64,000 nt of DNA, taken from a virus. Lineage: Duplodnaviria; Heunggongvirae; Uroviricota; Caudoviricetes. Location of the stretch: the IMG/VR virus record IMGVR_UViG_3300035515_000158, one strand, 5' to 3'. Below the pieces are notes generated by a model. That model searched no databases, was not told the DNA's origin, and saw only the letters and a program-made list of their open reading frames with translations. Positions 30,876-40,378 of the stretch are shown in pieces. Numbering within the stretch: the stretch's first letter is position 1; the number at the start of each line of letters is the position of its first letter. Position numbers and translations under genes: made by a program.

Positions 30876-32216
30876 GGGGTTATCAATAGTTGATTAAAAT
30901 TTTGAACATTATTATAAAATGTCATCATAAATATTATATATTTAGTTTATAAATGTACAGAGCAATTAAAATAAGATTATACCCAAATAAGACTCAAGAG
31001 GTTCAAATTAACAAACTTCTTGGTTGTTGTTGTGTTGTTTATAATCAATGTCTTGCTCATAAAATAGAATCTTATAAAACTGAAAGAAAAACAGAAAATT
31101 TATCTTCTCTTAGTTATTGGTTTCACCACGATTTGATTAATAATCCAGATTTCCTTTGGTTAAAGGAACAAAATACTAAGGTTCTAAAACAATCCATAAT
31201 GGATATGTTAGATTCCTATAAAAATTTCTTTGAACGTCATACTGGTTATCCAAAATTTAAATCAAAACATGATAATAAGTTGTCTTGTAGGTTTCCAGTA
31301 GAAGCTATTTCTAAGAGAAATAACTATTTATCTTATAAGATATCACTTGCTAACATTAAAAATATCAAATTCAAATGTAGTAAGTTATACTCAAAGTATC
31401 TTCAAGATAATAAGTCAAACATTAAATCAGCGACTTTAAGTAAACTACCATGTGGTGAATATTACCTATCAATCTTAGTTGATGGTTGTTTAATTCATAA
31501 AGTTAAAGATACAAACAATATGGTTGGTATTGACCTTGGAGTCAAAGACTTCGTTATCACCTCAGAAAGTGAGGTTTTTGAAAACCTACACTTTAAGAAG
31601 TCTGAGTATAAGAAAATCAAGAAACTTCAAAGACAACTTTCTAAAAAGAAAGTTGGTTCTAACAACAGAAACAAAGCAAGAAAGAAACTTGCAAAAGTAT
31701 ATAAAACTATAACTGATCGTAAATCAAACTATTTACATAAAGTAAGTAATTCATTAATTGATGAAAACCAAGTCATTTGTATGGAGGACTTAAATGTAAA
31801 AGGAATGATTAAAAATCATAAACTTTCAGATTCAATATCTGAACTAAACTTTGGTGAGTTTAGAAGAATACTTGAATACAAGAGTATATGGTATAACAGA
31901 CGATTAGTTTTCGTTGATAGATTTTATCCTTCATCTAAGAGATGTAATCATTGTGGTTATATAAATAAGTCACTTAAACTAAGTGATAGACAATGGATTT
32001 GTCCAAACTGTGGTTCTATTATAGAACGTGACTATAATGCATCATTAAACATATTAGAAGAAGGTCAAAGAATAATAGGTTGCCGTACAACCAAATTCAC
32101 GCTTGTGGACTACCCAACTATGGATCAAGGAAGTGATTCCCCTAAAAAGTAGTGGTAGGTTGAAACAAGAAGTTAAAAGTGAACAAGTTTAATTTTGTTC
32201 AGATTTTAATATACGG
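30876..32216 (+). mobile_element. Non-autonomous tnpB-only insertion element (IS607- or IS200/IS605-type); ends approximate
   Basis: Host-gene homology stops at AAT-GGGG (30873-30879) and resumes at GG-TTGTCC (32215); no transposase gene. Confidence 0.8.
30953..32152 (+). CDS. tnpB: TnpB RNA-guided endonuclease with intact catalytic residues
   Basis: HTH KIRLYPN; RuvC-I GIDLG, RuvC-II CMEDL, Zn finger CNHCG/CPNCG, RuvC-III RDYNA. Confidence 0.95.
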   Translation: MYRAIKIRLYPNKTQEVQINKLLGCCCVVYNQCLAHKIESYKTERKTENLSSLSYWFHHDLINNPDFLWLKEQNTKVLKQSIMDMLDSYKNFFERHTGYPKFKSKHDNKLSCRFPVEAISKRNNYLSYKISLANIKNIKFKCSKLYSKYLQDNKSNIKSATLSKLPCGEYYLSILVDGCLIHKVKDTNNMVGIDLGVKDFVITSESEVFENLHFKKSEYKKIKKLQRQLSKKKVGSNNRNKARKKLAKVYKTITDRKSNYLHKVSNSLIDENQVICMEDLNVKGMIKNHKLSDSISELNFGEFRRILEYKSIWYNRRLVFVDRFYPSSKRCNHCGYINKSLKLSDRQWICPNCGSIIERDYNASLNILEEGQRIIGCRTTKFTLVDYPTMDQGSDSPKK

Positions 32217-32236
32217 TTGTCCTAAATATGTAGGTG
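32060..32236 (+). ncRNA. Predicted TnpB omega-RNA (scaffold plus flanking guide); bounds approximate
   Basis: Position at the tnpB 3' end and right end; partial pairing CTACCCAACTA/TAGTGGTAG; known TnpB architecture. Confidence 0.55.
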
Positions 32237-32546
32237 GTAATTTTGGTATCAGTTCAAATAAATTATTAAAACAAATTGATGATTTTCCTGAATATGTTGG
32301 TGGACATATCGACATATCTTACAATGATTTAGATAGTCTTGAGGGATTACCTGAAGAAGTAAAAGGTGACATTATTTTAATAGGAACTAATGTTAGGTCA
32401 TTTAAGGGATTACCAAAAAAGATAGGTGGTTGTATCAAAATAAGTAATTCAACAACATTGGATGGTAAAAAAGTTGATAAAAACGACATAATTGAAGAAA
32501 ACCCTCACTTAAAACCCTCAGATATAAAAGTTTATGAAATTAACTA

Positions 32547-34070
32547 ATGAAAACAATATTAGATAGAAAATCATTCCTAAAAGAAGCATTGTGGAAAGGT
32601 GTAATTGACCGTTCCAAAAACAACATAGATAGAAAAGAAGATATTTTAGGTCAACATAAATTTACAGATAGAAATGGTGTCACTCACGAACATGGTATCT
32701 TAGCTAACCCTGAAAATGACTTGTGTGAAACAGTAGCTAAGGTTATTTACTATTATGTGAAAAAAGGTGAGAATGTGGTTGACCTAAACTTAATTGACAT
32801 GAGTGAAATAACATCAATAGACTGGTTATTCAAAAACACTATTGAAGAATTGGAAGAAACTTATAATATGTTAAAACGTGACATCTTCAAATTAAAAATG
32901 GATGCTTCCGGTTGGGATATGTCATCTTTAACTGATGTTGATTATGGATTTTGTGGATTGTGGACTAAGATAGGTGCTGAAAAATGGAATGTTTCTGAAG
33001 ATTGTAATGTTAAGTTACATGATTTTATGACATCACCTTATATGTCAGAACCTCCTGCTTGGTGTAAATTTAGAATGTCAGACTGGATTGCTATGACCAC
33101 AGAATATTCTTCAGATGCAGAGTGGGGTGAAGATGATGAAAGAAGTGAGAAATTAGGTAAACCTTGTTATTGGGTTATACTTCAAAATCACTTTGACCTC
33201 CAATATTTACCTGATTTCATTACTATTAGAGAGATTAATGGTAAAAAATGTACAGGTGATTTAATTGGAGATGTTACTGAACTTAAATCCATCAGAAGAT
33301 TACCTAAAGTTTTCAAAGATGACCACAGAGTTATATTAAGGATTTGTCTTAAAAATATTGAAGATGAATATGTAGATTTACCTGCTAATATACATGAACT
33401 AATACCTGATTTCAGAGATAATGATATAGACATTAAAAAATTACCAAGAAAACTCGATTGTGGTATTACATTCAAAGATGAAAGTCAAATTTGTGGTTAT
33501 ATTCAAGAGGTTGTTGGTAATGTTGATGTAATTGATTTACCTTTAAGTAGTTTACATAAATTACCTGATATTATACATGGCAGACTTTTATTGAAAGATA
33601 TTACATCATTACACAACCTTAGAGGATTTCCTGTTAAAGTAAATAATTTGATAATAAATAATGTAACAAACTTAGATTCTTTTGATGGTTGTTGTCGTGA
33701 ATTAAGTGGTGATTTAATATTGAAAAAATTACCAAATATACTTAATTTATTAGACCTACCCAAGAAAGTAAAAGGTGATGTTGAAATTGAAGATTTGTTT
33801 ATACATGAATTATATGACTTCCCTGAAACAGAAGGAAATGTAATCTTGACAAATATGAAGGGTATAGATAGTTTTGAAGGATTTCCAGAACATTTATATA
33901 ATAACCTACATATCCAACACTGTAATATCAAATCTATCAAAGGATTTCCAAAACAAGTCGATGGACAAATTTACTTCTATGACACAAAATTAAATGGACA
34001 CCCTATTACGATTGATGATATTTTAGAAGTTAGTCCTGAATTAAACAAAGCAAATATTGACATACAATGA
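32547..34070 (+). CDS. LRR-like array protein, copy 5
   Basis: MKTILDRKSFLKEALWKGVIDRSK; LRR-like C-terminal half. Confidence 0.8.
   Translation: MKTILDRKSFLKEALWKGVIDRSKNNIDRKEDILGQHKFTDRNGVTHEHGILANPENDLCETVAKVIYYYVKKGENVVDLNLIDMSEITSIDWLFKNTIEELEETYNMLKRDIFKLKMDASGWDMSSLTDVDYGFCGLWTKIGAEKWNVSEDCNVKLHDFMTSPYMSEPPAWCKFRMSDWIAMTTEYSSDAEWGEDDERSEKLGKPCYWVILQNHFDLQYLPDFITIREINGKKCTGDLIGDVTELKSIRRLPKVFKDDHRVILRICLKNIEDEYVDLPANIHELIPDFRDNDIDIKKLPRKLDCGITFKDESQICGYIQEVVGNVDVIDLPLSSLHKLPDIIHGRLLLKDITSLHNLRGFPVKVNNLIINNVTNLDSFDGCCRELSGDLILKKLPNILNLLDLPKKVKGDVEIEDLFIHELYDFPETEGNVILTNMKGIDSFEGFPEHLYNNLHIQHCNIKSIKGFPKQVDGQIYFYDTKLNGHPITIDDILEVSPELNKANIDIQ
32569..32620 (+). repeat. 52-nt leader repeat identical to 34092-34143; its 35-nt core is also at 30783-30817
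   Basis: Direct comparison: GAAGCATTGTGGAAAGGTGTAATTGACCGTTCCAA in three copies. Confidence 0.9.
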
Positions 34071-35509
34071 GAAAACCAATATTAGATAGACAATCATTCC
34101 TAAAAGAAGCATTGTGGAAAGGTGTAATTGACCGTTCCAAAAATGACACTGTTAGAGAAGAAGATGCTATGGGACACCATAAATTTACTGACAATAATGG
34201 TGTTCATCACAATCATGGTGTATTGCCTGAGAATAGAAATGAATTGGTAGAGTTTATTGTCCAAATCACACTTAAACATTTGGATGATGAAAAAATTGAC
34301 TTAAATGACATAGATACAAGTAAATTGAAAAGTATTGCTTATGTCTTCCAAAAGGTATTTTCTGATTTGAATTATGGACATAGTATCAGAAAACCTAAAC
34401 TGGATTCTCTTGTCTTTGATACATCTGGTTGGGATATTTCAAATGTTGGTGCCTTAGAATTTGCATTTTATGATGTGAACCATGATATAGGTGCAGATAA
34501 TTGGAAAGTTAGTCCTGATATGTCAATGGAGTATGGTGATTTCAAATTCAGTCCATACTATCAAGACCACCTACCCAAATGGTATAAATTTGATATTGAA
34601 GACTGGGCAACATCAAACACCAAATCAAGACAAGCGGTTGAATGGGGTGATGATGATGAACGAACAAAAGAATTGGGATATAAGTGTTATTGGGTTAAAT
34701 ATTATGATCACTGTACTTTTTATGATATTCCCGACAATGTGCGAATTTTAGATATTAATGGTTCAAAATTCGATACTCCATCACCTACTGTTGATATTGA
34801 AAATCTTAAAACTCTTAAAAACTTCCCAAAGTCATTCAATCCAAAATCAAACATCTTCTTAAAAATTAACCTTGATAAATTCGAGGATGACCATTTTGAT
34901 GTACCTAAAGGAATAAAATACCTACACCCAAAAGATACAAATGATATTAAAAAACTTCCTACGATTATAGATTGCAGTATCATACTATCACCTAAACAAC
35001 TTGGTCATATCATCGAAGTAAAAGGTGATGTTCAACTTAGAGATGGTGTAACAACTTTGTCCGGAATACCTAAGAAAATTGGTGGTGGTCTAAACATTCA
35101 TAATGGTCTAATTACTGACCTTACTGGTTGTCCATCTAAAATCGGTGGTACATTAGAATTATATGGATGTGAACAACTTAAAACCCTAAAGGGAGCACCT
35201 AATGAAGTTGGTGGTAGTGTCATGATTAAAGTAACAAAACCAATAAATTTTGAATATCTACCAAAAATAATAGGTAATGATGAAATAATAATAACTTCAT
35301 ATAGTGGTGAAAACTTTATGGGACTACCTGAAGAAATCGGAACACTGTCATTAAAATGGTGTAGAATAAACTCTCTTGAAGGTCTACCAAAACACATAGA
35401 CAATCTTACAATAGAACAAGTAAGATTAAATGGTGAAGAAGTTAGGACAAAAGATGTGTTAGTAGTGTCACCTGAAATTGATAAAAGAAGTATTGATATA
35501 AGAAATTAA
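34067..35509 (+). CDS. LRR-like array protein, copy 6
   Basis: MRKPILDRQSFLKEALWKGVIDRSK; DLNDIDTSKLKS; GCPSKIGG. Confidence 0.8.
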   Translation: MRKPILDRQSFLKEALWKGVIDRSKNDTVREEDAMGHHKFTDNNGVHHNHGVLPENRNELVEFIVQITLKHLDDEKIDLNDIDTSKLKSIAYVFQKVFSDLNYGHSIRKPKLDSLVFDTSGWDISNVGALEFAFYDVNHDIGADNWKVSPDMSMEYGDFKFSPYYQDHLPKWYKFDIEDWATSNTKSRQAVEWGDDDERTKELGYKCYWVKYYDHCTFYDIPDNVRILDINGSKFDTPSPTVDIENLKTLKNFPKSFNPKSNIFLKINLDKFEDDHFDVPKGIKYLHPKDTNDIKKLPTIIDCSIILSPKQLGHIIEVKGDVQLRDGVTTLSGIPKKIGGGLNIHNGLITDLTGCPSKIGGTLELYGCEQLKTLKGAPNEVGGSVMIKVTKPINFEYLPKIIGNDEIIITSYSGENFMGLPEEIGTLSLKWCRINSLEGLPKHIDNLTIEQVRLNGEEVRTKDVLVVSPEIDKRSIDIRN

Positions 35510-35540
35510 AAAAGGGAACGAAAAAAATCGTTCCCTTTAA
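35508..35540. terminator. Bidirectional intrinsic terminator
   Basis: AAAGGGAACGA...TCGTTCCCTTT. Confidence 0.75.
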
Positions 35541-35542
35541 TT

Positions 35543-37018
35543 TTACCACAATCCTGATTCAAATCCCATTCCAAAATCAATAGGTGAATATCCCATCGCT
35601 GTCACAATTCGATTAATCGGTCCCAACACCAACAAATCAAACATTCTACCCATGTCTATATCAATATCACTGGCTAAGTCCATTGGGAATAAACCCGCAG
35701 GATAACTAAAGGCTTCACATTGGGCAAGTGACATTATGTTTGTATATACTTCATAAGGTTTACCGGAAGTAGGTCTAATCAATTCAGTTTCATTATTCAA
35801 CAACTTATACTGTTCTGGGTTTCTAAGATAGTCACTTACTTTTACCTGACTTTCCAGTTTCCAATAAGTATATCGTTTTGTTGGTTTGATATAGACAACA
35901 CAAAGTTTATCACTATCTACCAAGACCGAATATTTTTTCTTGTATTTTTCATTATTATTCAACATATAGTTATACAAGGCCGCTCCCTGAACAGTTACCA
36001 TTGATTTAGGTCTTAGTTCTATTTCGTTGGTATCATTCATCACATACTGTTCATACTTGTTCATACCCTTATTAACACTAATTGTATCAACATTTTGTAA
36101 CATAAACTGTTTTCGGACTTTTGATACTTCCTTAGCAAAGTTATCAAATACAAAGTTTTCCTCTTTGAAAATCCATGTAACAAGGTCTGTCAGTTGTTTT
36201 TTAACCCAAGGTGAACTTGATGTTTGGGCGATTTCCACACCAGTTGCTTTAATCTTAGAACAACTATCATAATACACATTCGGTTCAGCCCATGTTACAT
36301 TCTTGATATATTTCTTCTTAGCCAACCAAATACCAGCTTCATTATATGCTTCCAATTCAAAGTCAAGAATGTTAGGTGTTTGGTTATCCTCAGCATATTT
36401 CTCATGTATCTTTTTGAGGAAGTCATGCATGAATACTCTATCTAATGTCAAACAAAACTCACGACCAGCAGGTTCAATTTCATCAATCTCAAACTCATAT
36501 TTATCAGTGTCAATCTTATCAACTTCAAAATAAGACTGAGCATCTTCTAATGTGGGATAACCACCCTGAGATACATACATGAATGATTTCAAATCTGTGG
36601 CTTTCTCAATTTTTGTCAATCGCCAGACATTGTGGTCAAACCAATCAGTCACATTAATGATTTGTTCATAAGAAGCATAAATACTGTCAGTGTCAATATA
36701 AACACTGATATTCTGTTTAATTGGGTTCTCATCCGAAATTTTGATTCCCATTTTTTTGTGGGTTTTTGTGTCTTTTTGCCAAACTTTCTGAGCCCACTTA
36801 TTCATCAAAACTTCCGCGTTCAAGATTACGTTCTTACCTTGCTTAGTAACTGACTCTGCGATGTTCTTATTATAAAAGTAGAACCCTGAGAACCCAAAGG
36901 CACCATATATTGAATTGATTAGAATCTTACTTGACATCTGATAGTTATTGTAAATGTCAGCTTGTGTTGCACAGTAACCAATTATCTTTTCAACTTTTTT
37001 TCGTGTTTCTTCTGTCAT
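35543..37018 (-). CDS. gp43: Family B DNA polymerase, C-terminal subunit (fingers helix 2, palm, thumb)
   Basis: KILINSIYGAFG (motif B), YIDTDS (motif C), AKKKY, IKATGVE. Confidence 0.92.
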   Translation of the reverse strand: MTEETRKKVEKIIGYCATQADIYNNYQMSSKILINSIYGAFGFSGFYFYNKNIAESVTKQGKNVILNAEVLMNKWAQKVWQKDTKTHKKMGIKISDENPIKQNISVYIDTDSIYASYEQIINVTDWFDHNVWRLTKIEKATDLKSFMYVSQGGYPTLEDAQSYFEVDKIDTDKYEFEIDEIEPAGREFCLTLDRVFMHDFLKKIHEKYAEDNQTPNILDFELEAYNEAGIWLAKKKYIKNVTWAEPNVYYDSCSKIKATGVEIAQTSSSPWVKKQLTDLVTWIFKEENFVFDNFAKEVSKVRKQFMLQNVDTISVNKGMNKYEQYVMNDTNEIELRPKSMVTVQGAALYNYMLNNNEKYKKKYSVLVDSDKLCVVYIKPTKRYTYWKLESQVKVSDYLRNPEQYKLLNNETELIRPTSGKPYEVYTNIMSLAQCEAFSYPAGLFPMDLASDIDIDMGRMFDLLVLGPINRIVTAMGYSPIDFGMGFESGLW

Positions 37019-37021
37019 CTT

Positions 37022-37978
37022 TCAAATTTTGTTTAAACCTGTTTTTATTTTTTCAATATCAACTTTTCTCAATATCACAACATTATTATCTAACATACAT
37101 TGATGTTTCAATTCATATATATCATCCATAGTCCTATCATATGGATTTATCATTTTATCACCTTCAAAGAATTGATCACCTTTTACTTCATATAATTTAC
37201 CTTCTATTAAAAAGTCCGGTTGATAAATTTTCTCCTTTCCTTTATAGTAGTATTTGAATTGTATGTTAGGTTGATATTCAAAATTTAAGTTGTGATTGAT
37301 ACAATATTGATAAACTATAACTTCCCAACCAGAATCAAAAGTTAATCCATTATATTCAACTCGTTTATGGTGATACTTAGCATAGTCATTTGTCTGTGTG
37401 ATATTCTCCGCACCATATCTCTCTAAACAAGTTTTCTTTATCTTTTTAACAATTTCTGGTATTTTAGTGATGTATTCAGTTCCATATCTTTCTTTTATCA
37501 CTTTCTTAGCTTGTTTTTGAATTTCCTTTACTGAGAATGGTGAAGATGATTGTAATTTCTCACCATATTTCTCAGATAAAGTATTCAACCTTTTTTCTTT
37601 AATTTCATCACCTTTGAACTTATAAATGTTTAGTAATGATTTAGAACATGATTTCTGGATTTTCTCTCTCACTTCATTATCATTATTTGAACATTTCCTC
37701 GAACAGTATTTTGAGTAACTGTTATTGTGAAATTTTAGTGATTGTCCACAGGTTTTACATACAGGTGGAATTTCAATATGATTTACTAACCTATATAAAC
37801 TCTCTCTTAAATATTCTTTATCTTTGATTGAGAGTGAATTGTTATCATATCTATTAACCACATATGTATAAAACCCATGACTTTTAAGAACTGATTCTAA
37901 ACATCTTTGGGGGATAAGTTTACCTTTTGGAGCGATATAACTTAATACAACATCATCATTCAATATTGTCAAGTCCAT
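37022..37978 (-). CDS. Putative homing endonuclease between the polymerase halves, paralog of 20141..21340
   Basis: FDSGWE...YQPDFLIEGKLYEVKGDQFFEGDKMINPY. Confidence 0.8.
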   Translation of the reverse strand: MDLTILNDDVVLSYIAPKGKLIPQRCLESVLKSHGFYTYVVNRYDNNSLSIKDKEYLRESLYRLVNHIEIPPVCKTCGQSLKFHNNSYSKYCSRKCSNNDNEVREKIQKSCSKSLLNIYKFKGDEIKEKRLNTLSEKYGEKLQSSSPFSVKEIQKQAKKVIKERYGTEYITKIPEIVKKIKKTCLERYGAENITQTNDYAKYHHKRVEYNGLTFDSGWEVIVYQYCINHNLNFEYQPNIQFKYYYKGKEKIYQPDFLIEGKLYEVKGDQFFEGDKMINPYDRTMDDIYELKHQCMLDNNVVILRKVDIEKIKTGLNKI

Positions 37979-39443
37979 TTTTTACAAGGTAGTCATTTAT
38001 TTCCTCATCACTTGCCCCATTATGTAACATATCTTTCAAGTCATACATATTTTGAGTATATTTGAATGATGTTTTCTTATATGACTTACGTTTGAAATAT
38101 AGGTCAGTGATGATTTTTTTTAGATTACCATCCTCTTTTTCATAGACCGCACCAGAAGCACAGACAATATATCCTTTATCTCTCCATTCCTGTTTAAGTT
38201 GTTCATCATCTTCTGGCAACATCTTAACCAAAGTCTCAGGTCCGATGTTGAACTGACGCATAATGGAAGGATACAGAGAACTATAATCATTACAGGTACA
38301 ATACTTATGTAATCCGGGAACTGGTTGTTTTACAAAGGCTCCCGCATATTTCTCACCCTCACTTTTCTTTTTAGGGTTTGGATCCACAGCAAGGACTTTA
38401 TTCTCAGCATGAAATCTTGAACGTAGTAGGTTTTCAGGAATATATGTTGTAGAGAAACAATCCATGGCTTTAATTCCACCCATCCAAGCTGTTGTTAGAC
38501 CACAAGTGAGAGCATTACATTTCTCATGGATTAATTTTACCAAACAACAGTCAATGGCGTTATAGTACACATATTTCTCAAAGTTATTCTCCAACATATC
38601 ATCAAGACTTTCCGCATGTTGAACTTTCTTAATACCACATATCTTTTCACCTATGGTATCAAGTTTATAGTTTTCATTTGTGTTCCAAGTCCATTTTTTG
38701 TAAGCTTTGAGATAATCGACCAAACCTACGTGTTGAGGTCTGTCATATTGTCCTGTCATTTTTCGTGAAGGTGATGACATGGTAACATCAATATCAAGAT
38801 TCTTCGCACGATTATATAGGTATCGCCAGTCATAATCTTCAAAATTCCACCCTGTCATCAAAGCCATTTTAGGAACAAGGATTTTGAAAAAGAAATGTAA
38901 CATATCATACTCTCTTTCAAAATACTTAAACACAAACTTAAAATGTCTGTTTACTTGTGAGAAGTGTTCATCAATGCGTTTTTGAATACCACTAATTTCT
39001 TTTGATGTAAGATTATAACCACCAGACAATACCATTACAGTATCATTGGGACAACAAATACCAATGACAGTTACAGGTTTATTAGGTTTTTCGGGGTTAG
39101 GTTTACCATCCTGAAGTTTGTTTTCAATATCAATAAAAAACATTTCAGGTAGGTTGTAGGAGAAAATTTCATTCTTGATTTCCTCATCATAAGAATCAAG
39201 AATTTCATAAAGACGGTACCGATTGAGTTTTTCTTTCTTCCAATCGATCTTGTGTTTGTAAACGGGTTGTCCATTCCAGTTCTTCATTGTGGTTGATTTT
39301 TCATCACCTTTACTTTTAGGTGCGGTCAACCACAAATACTGTTCTCGTTCGGGAATGTTGAACACCTTAATGTGGGTTTTCCCATCTTCTCCCCAATAAC
39401 TTACTTGGAGAGTTTTGTCATCTTGAAATACATCTAGTAACAT
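37956..39443 (-). CDS. gp43: Family B DNA polymerase, N-terminal subunit (3'-5' exonuclease and motif A)
   Basis: FIDIEN, TGWNFEDYDW, YNAIDC, YAGAFVK, DYSSLYPSIM. Confidence 0.92.
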   Translation of the reverse strand: MLLDVFQDDKTLQVSYWGEDGKTHIKVFNIPEREQYLWLTAPKSKGDEKSTTMKNWNGQPVYKHKIDWKKEKLNRYRLYEILDSYDEEIKNEIFSYNLPEMFFIDIENKLQDGKPNPEKPNKPVTVIGICCPNDTVMVLSGGYNLTSKEISGIQKRIDEHFSQVNRHFKFVFKYFEREYDMLHFFFKILVPKMALMTGWNFEDYDWRYLYNRAKNLDIDVTMSSPSRKMTGQYDRPQHVGLVDYLKAYKKWTWNTNENYKLDTIGEKICGIKKVQHAESLDDMLENNFEKYVYYNAIDCCLVKLIHEKCNALTCGLTTAWMGGIKAMDCFSTTYIPENLLRSRFHAENKVLAVDPNPKKKSEGEKYAGAFVKQPVPGLHKYCTCNDYSSLYPSIMRQFNIGPETLVKMLPEDDEQLKQEWRDKGYIVCASGAVYEKEDGNLKKIITDLYFKRKSYKKTSFKYTQNMYDLKDMLHNGASDEEINDYLVKNGLDNIE

Positions 39444-39557
39444 ATTAATAAAATAATTTTAGGAGTCAGTTTAGAAGCTGACTATTTTGTCATAAACATA
39501 ACAAATGTATCATCAAATTTTTTTGTTATGTTTATTACAAATCGTTTTTAGTTACAA

Positions 39558-40118
39558 ATGCAAGATTGGTATGATGAATATACAGATAATGAAGAAGTAA
39601 AAGAAAAGAAAGTCTTACTTGACGAAAATGGTAATGATGTATATAAAAAGAAGTCAAGTGAGAAAACTGTTGAAGAAAGAATTAAAACTTCACGTTCATT
39701 AAAAATAAAACACAATAAATGGAATCAGGTAGATTACACAGATGATTATAATGATGATAAAATTGTAATCGACCCTAAAAATTGTCAGTTTAACTCAACC
39801 TATGAAGATGTTGAATTTGAGAATAGATTTCATGAGATAATAAAAAACTCTAAATACAAACCTATTTTATTAGGTGATGAAAAGGTGTCTATAAATTATC
39901 AAGTAATAAATGATATGGTAATTTATATATATGCCAGAATGAAACGGGATTATTCTCTCACACAGATTTTTGTTTTAATTTGTGAATATTGTGGAGTTGG
40001 AATTCAAGCAATGTGGAAAAGACTTAGTTCATATCTACAAATGCAAATTTTAATCGAGTTGAAAGAAACAAGTAAACTCCCAAATGAATTTTTAGAAAAT
40101 AATGTTAAACTTTTTTAA
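39558..40118 (+). CDS. Hypothetical protein, possibly gp33-like late transcription coactivator
   Basis: C-terminal IFVLICEYCGVGIQAMWKRLSSYLQMQILIEL resembles the gp33 helical pattern; replication-class promoter. Confidence 0.4.
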   Translation: MQDWYDEYTDNEEVKEKKVLLDENGNDVYKKKSSEKTVEERIKTSRSLKIKHNKWNQVDYTDDYNDDKIVIDPKNCQFNSTYEDVEFENRFHEIIKNSKYKPILLGDEKVSINYQVINDMVIYIYARMKRDYSLTQIFVLICEYCGVGIQAMWKRLSSYLQMQILIELKETSKLPNEFLENNVKLF

Positions 40119-40129
40119 TTTTTTTAATT

Positions 40130-40360
40130 ATGTTAGAAAATAATGTTAAGTATTTCCAAGTGACTGTAAAACTTCAAGAAGAAACTGATAAAACTGACCG
40201 TGCTGGTAATCCTAAACTACGTAAATGGAATGAAGTATGGGTAGTTGATTCTAAAACTTCCGAAGAAGCTAATAAAAAAGTCCAAGAAGAATATGAGGGT
40301 TCTATTGCTGATTGGCGTATTGCCTCAGTGAAAGAAACAAATATCATTGGTATCCTTTAA
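40130..40360 (+). CDS. DUF4494-like small protein
   Basis: YFQVTVK...KWNEVWVVDSKTSEEANKKV...IASVKETNI pattern. Confidence 0.6.
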   Translation: MLENNVKYFQVTVKLQEETDKTDRAGNPKLRKWNEVWVVDSKTSEEANKKVQEEYEGSIADWRIASVKETNIIGIL

Positions 40361-40378
40361 AAATGTTGTAATTATGTG

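Larger units (their letters stand above)
30744..32547 (+). pseudogene. LRR-like array copy 4, disrupted: 5' leader (30744-30893) and 3' fragment (32215-32547) flank the TnpB element
   Basis: MKNHILNRESYLKEALWKGVIDRSK...FTDGNG then stop; the 3' fragment GCPKYVGG... matches the last 110 aa of paralogs. Confidence 0.85.

Noticed and set aside
30876-30952. IStron (group I intron) in the TnpB element
   Set aside because: Only ~75 nt precede tnpB, too short for a catalytic core, and no U|...G| splice restores the frame
32179-32547. Independent 122-aa gene
   Set aside because: Its first 12 codons lie in the element right end; the rest is the 3' remnant of array copy 4
30783-34143. CRISPR-like 35-nt repeats
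   Set aside because: Spaced 1.5-1.8 kb apart and coding for protein leaders; no spacer array
37019-37978. Intein or group I intron in the DNA polymerase
   Set aside because: No Cys/Ser1 or His-Asn junction motifs and no non-coding space
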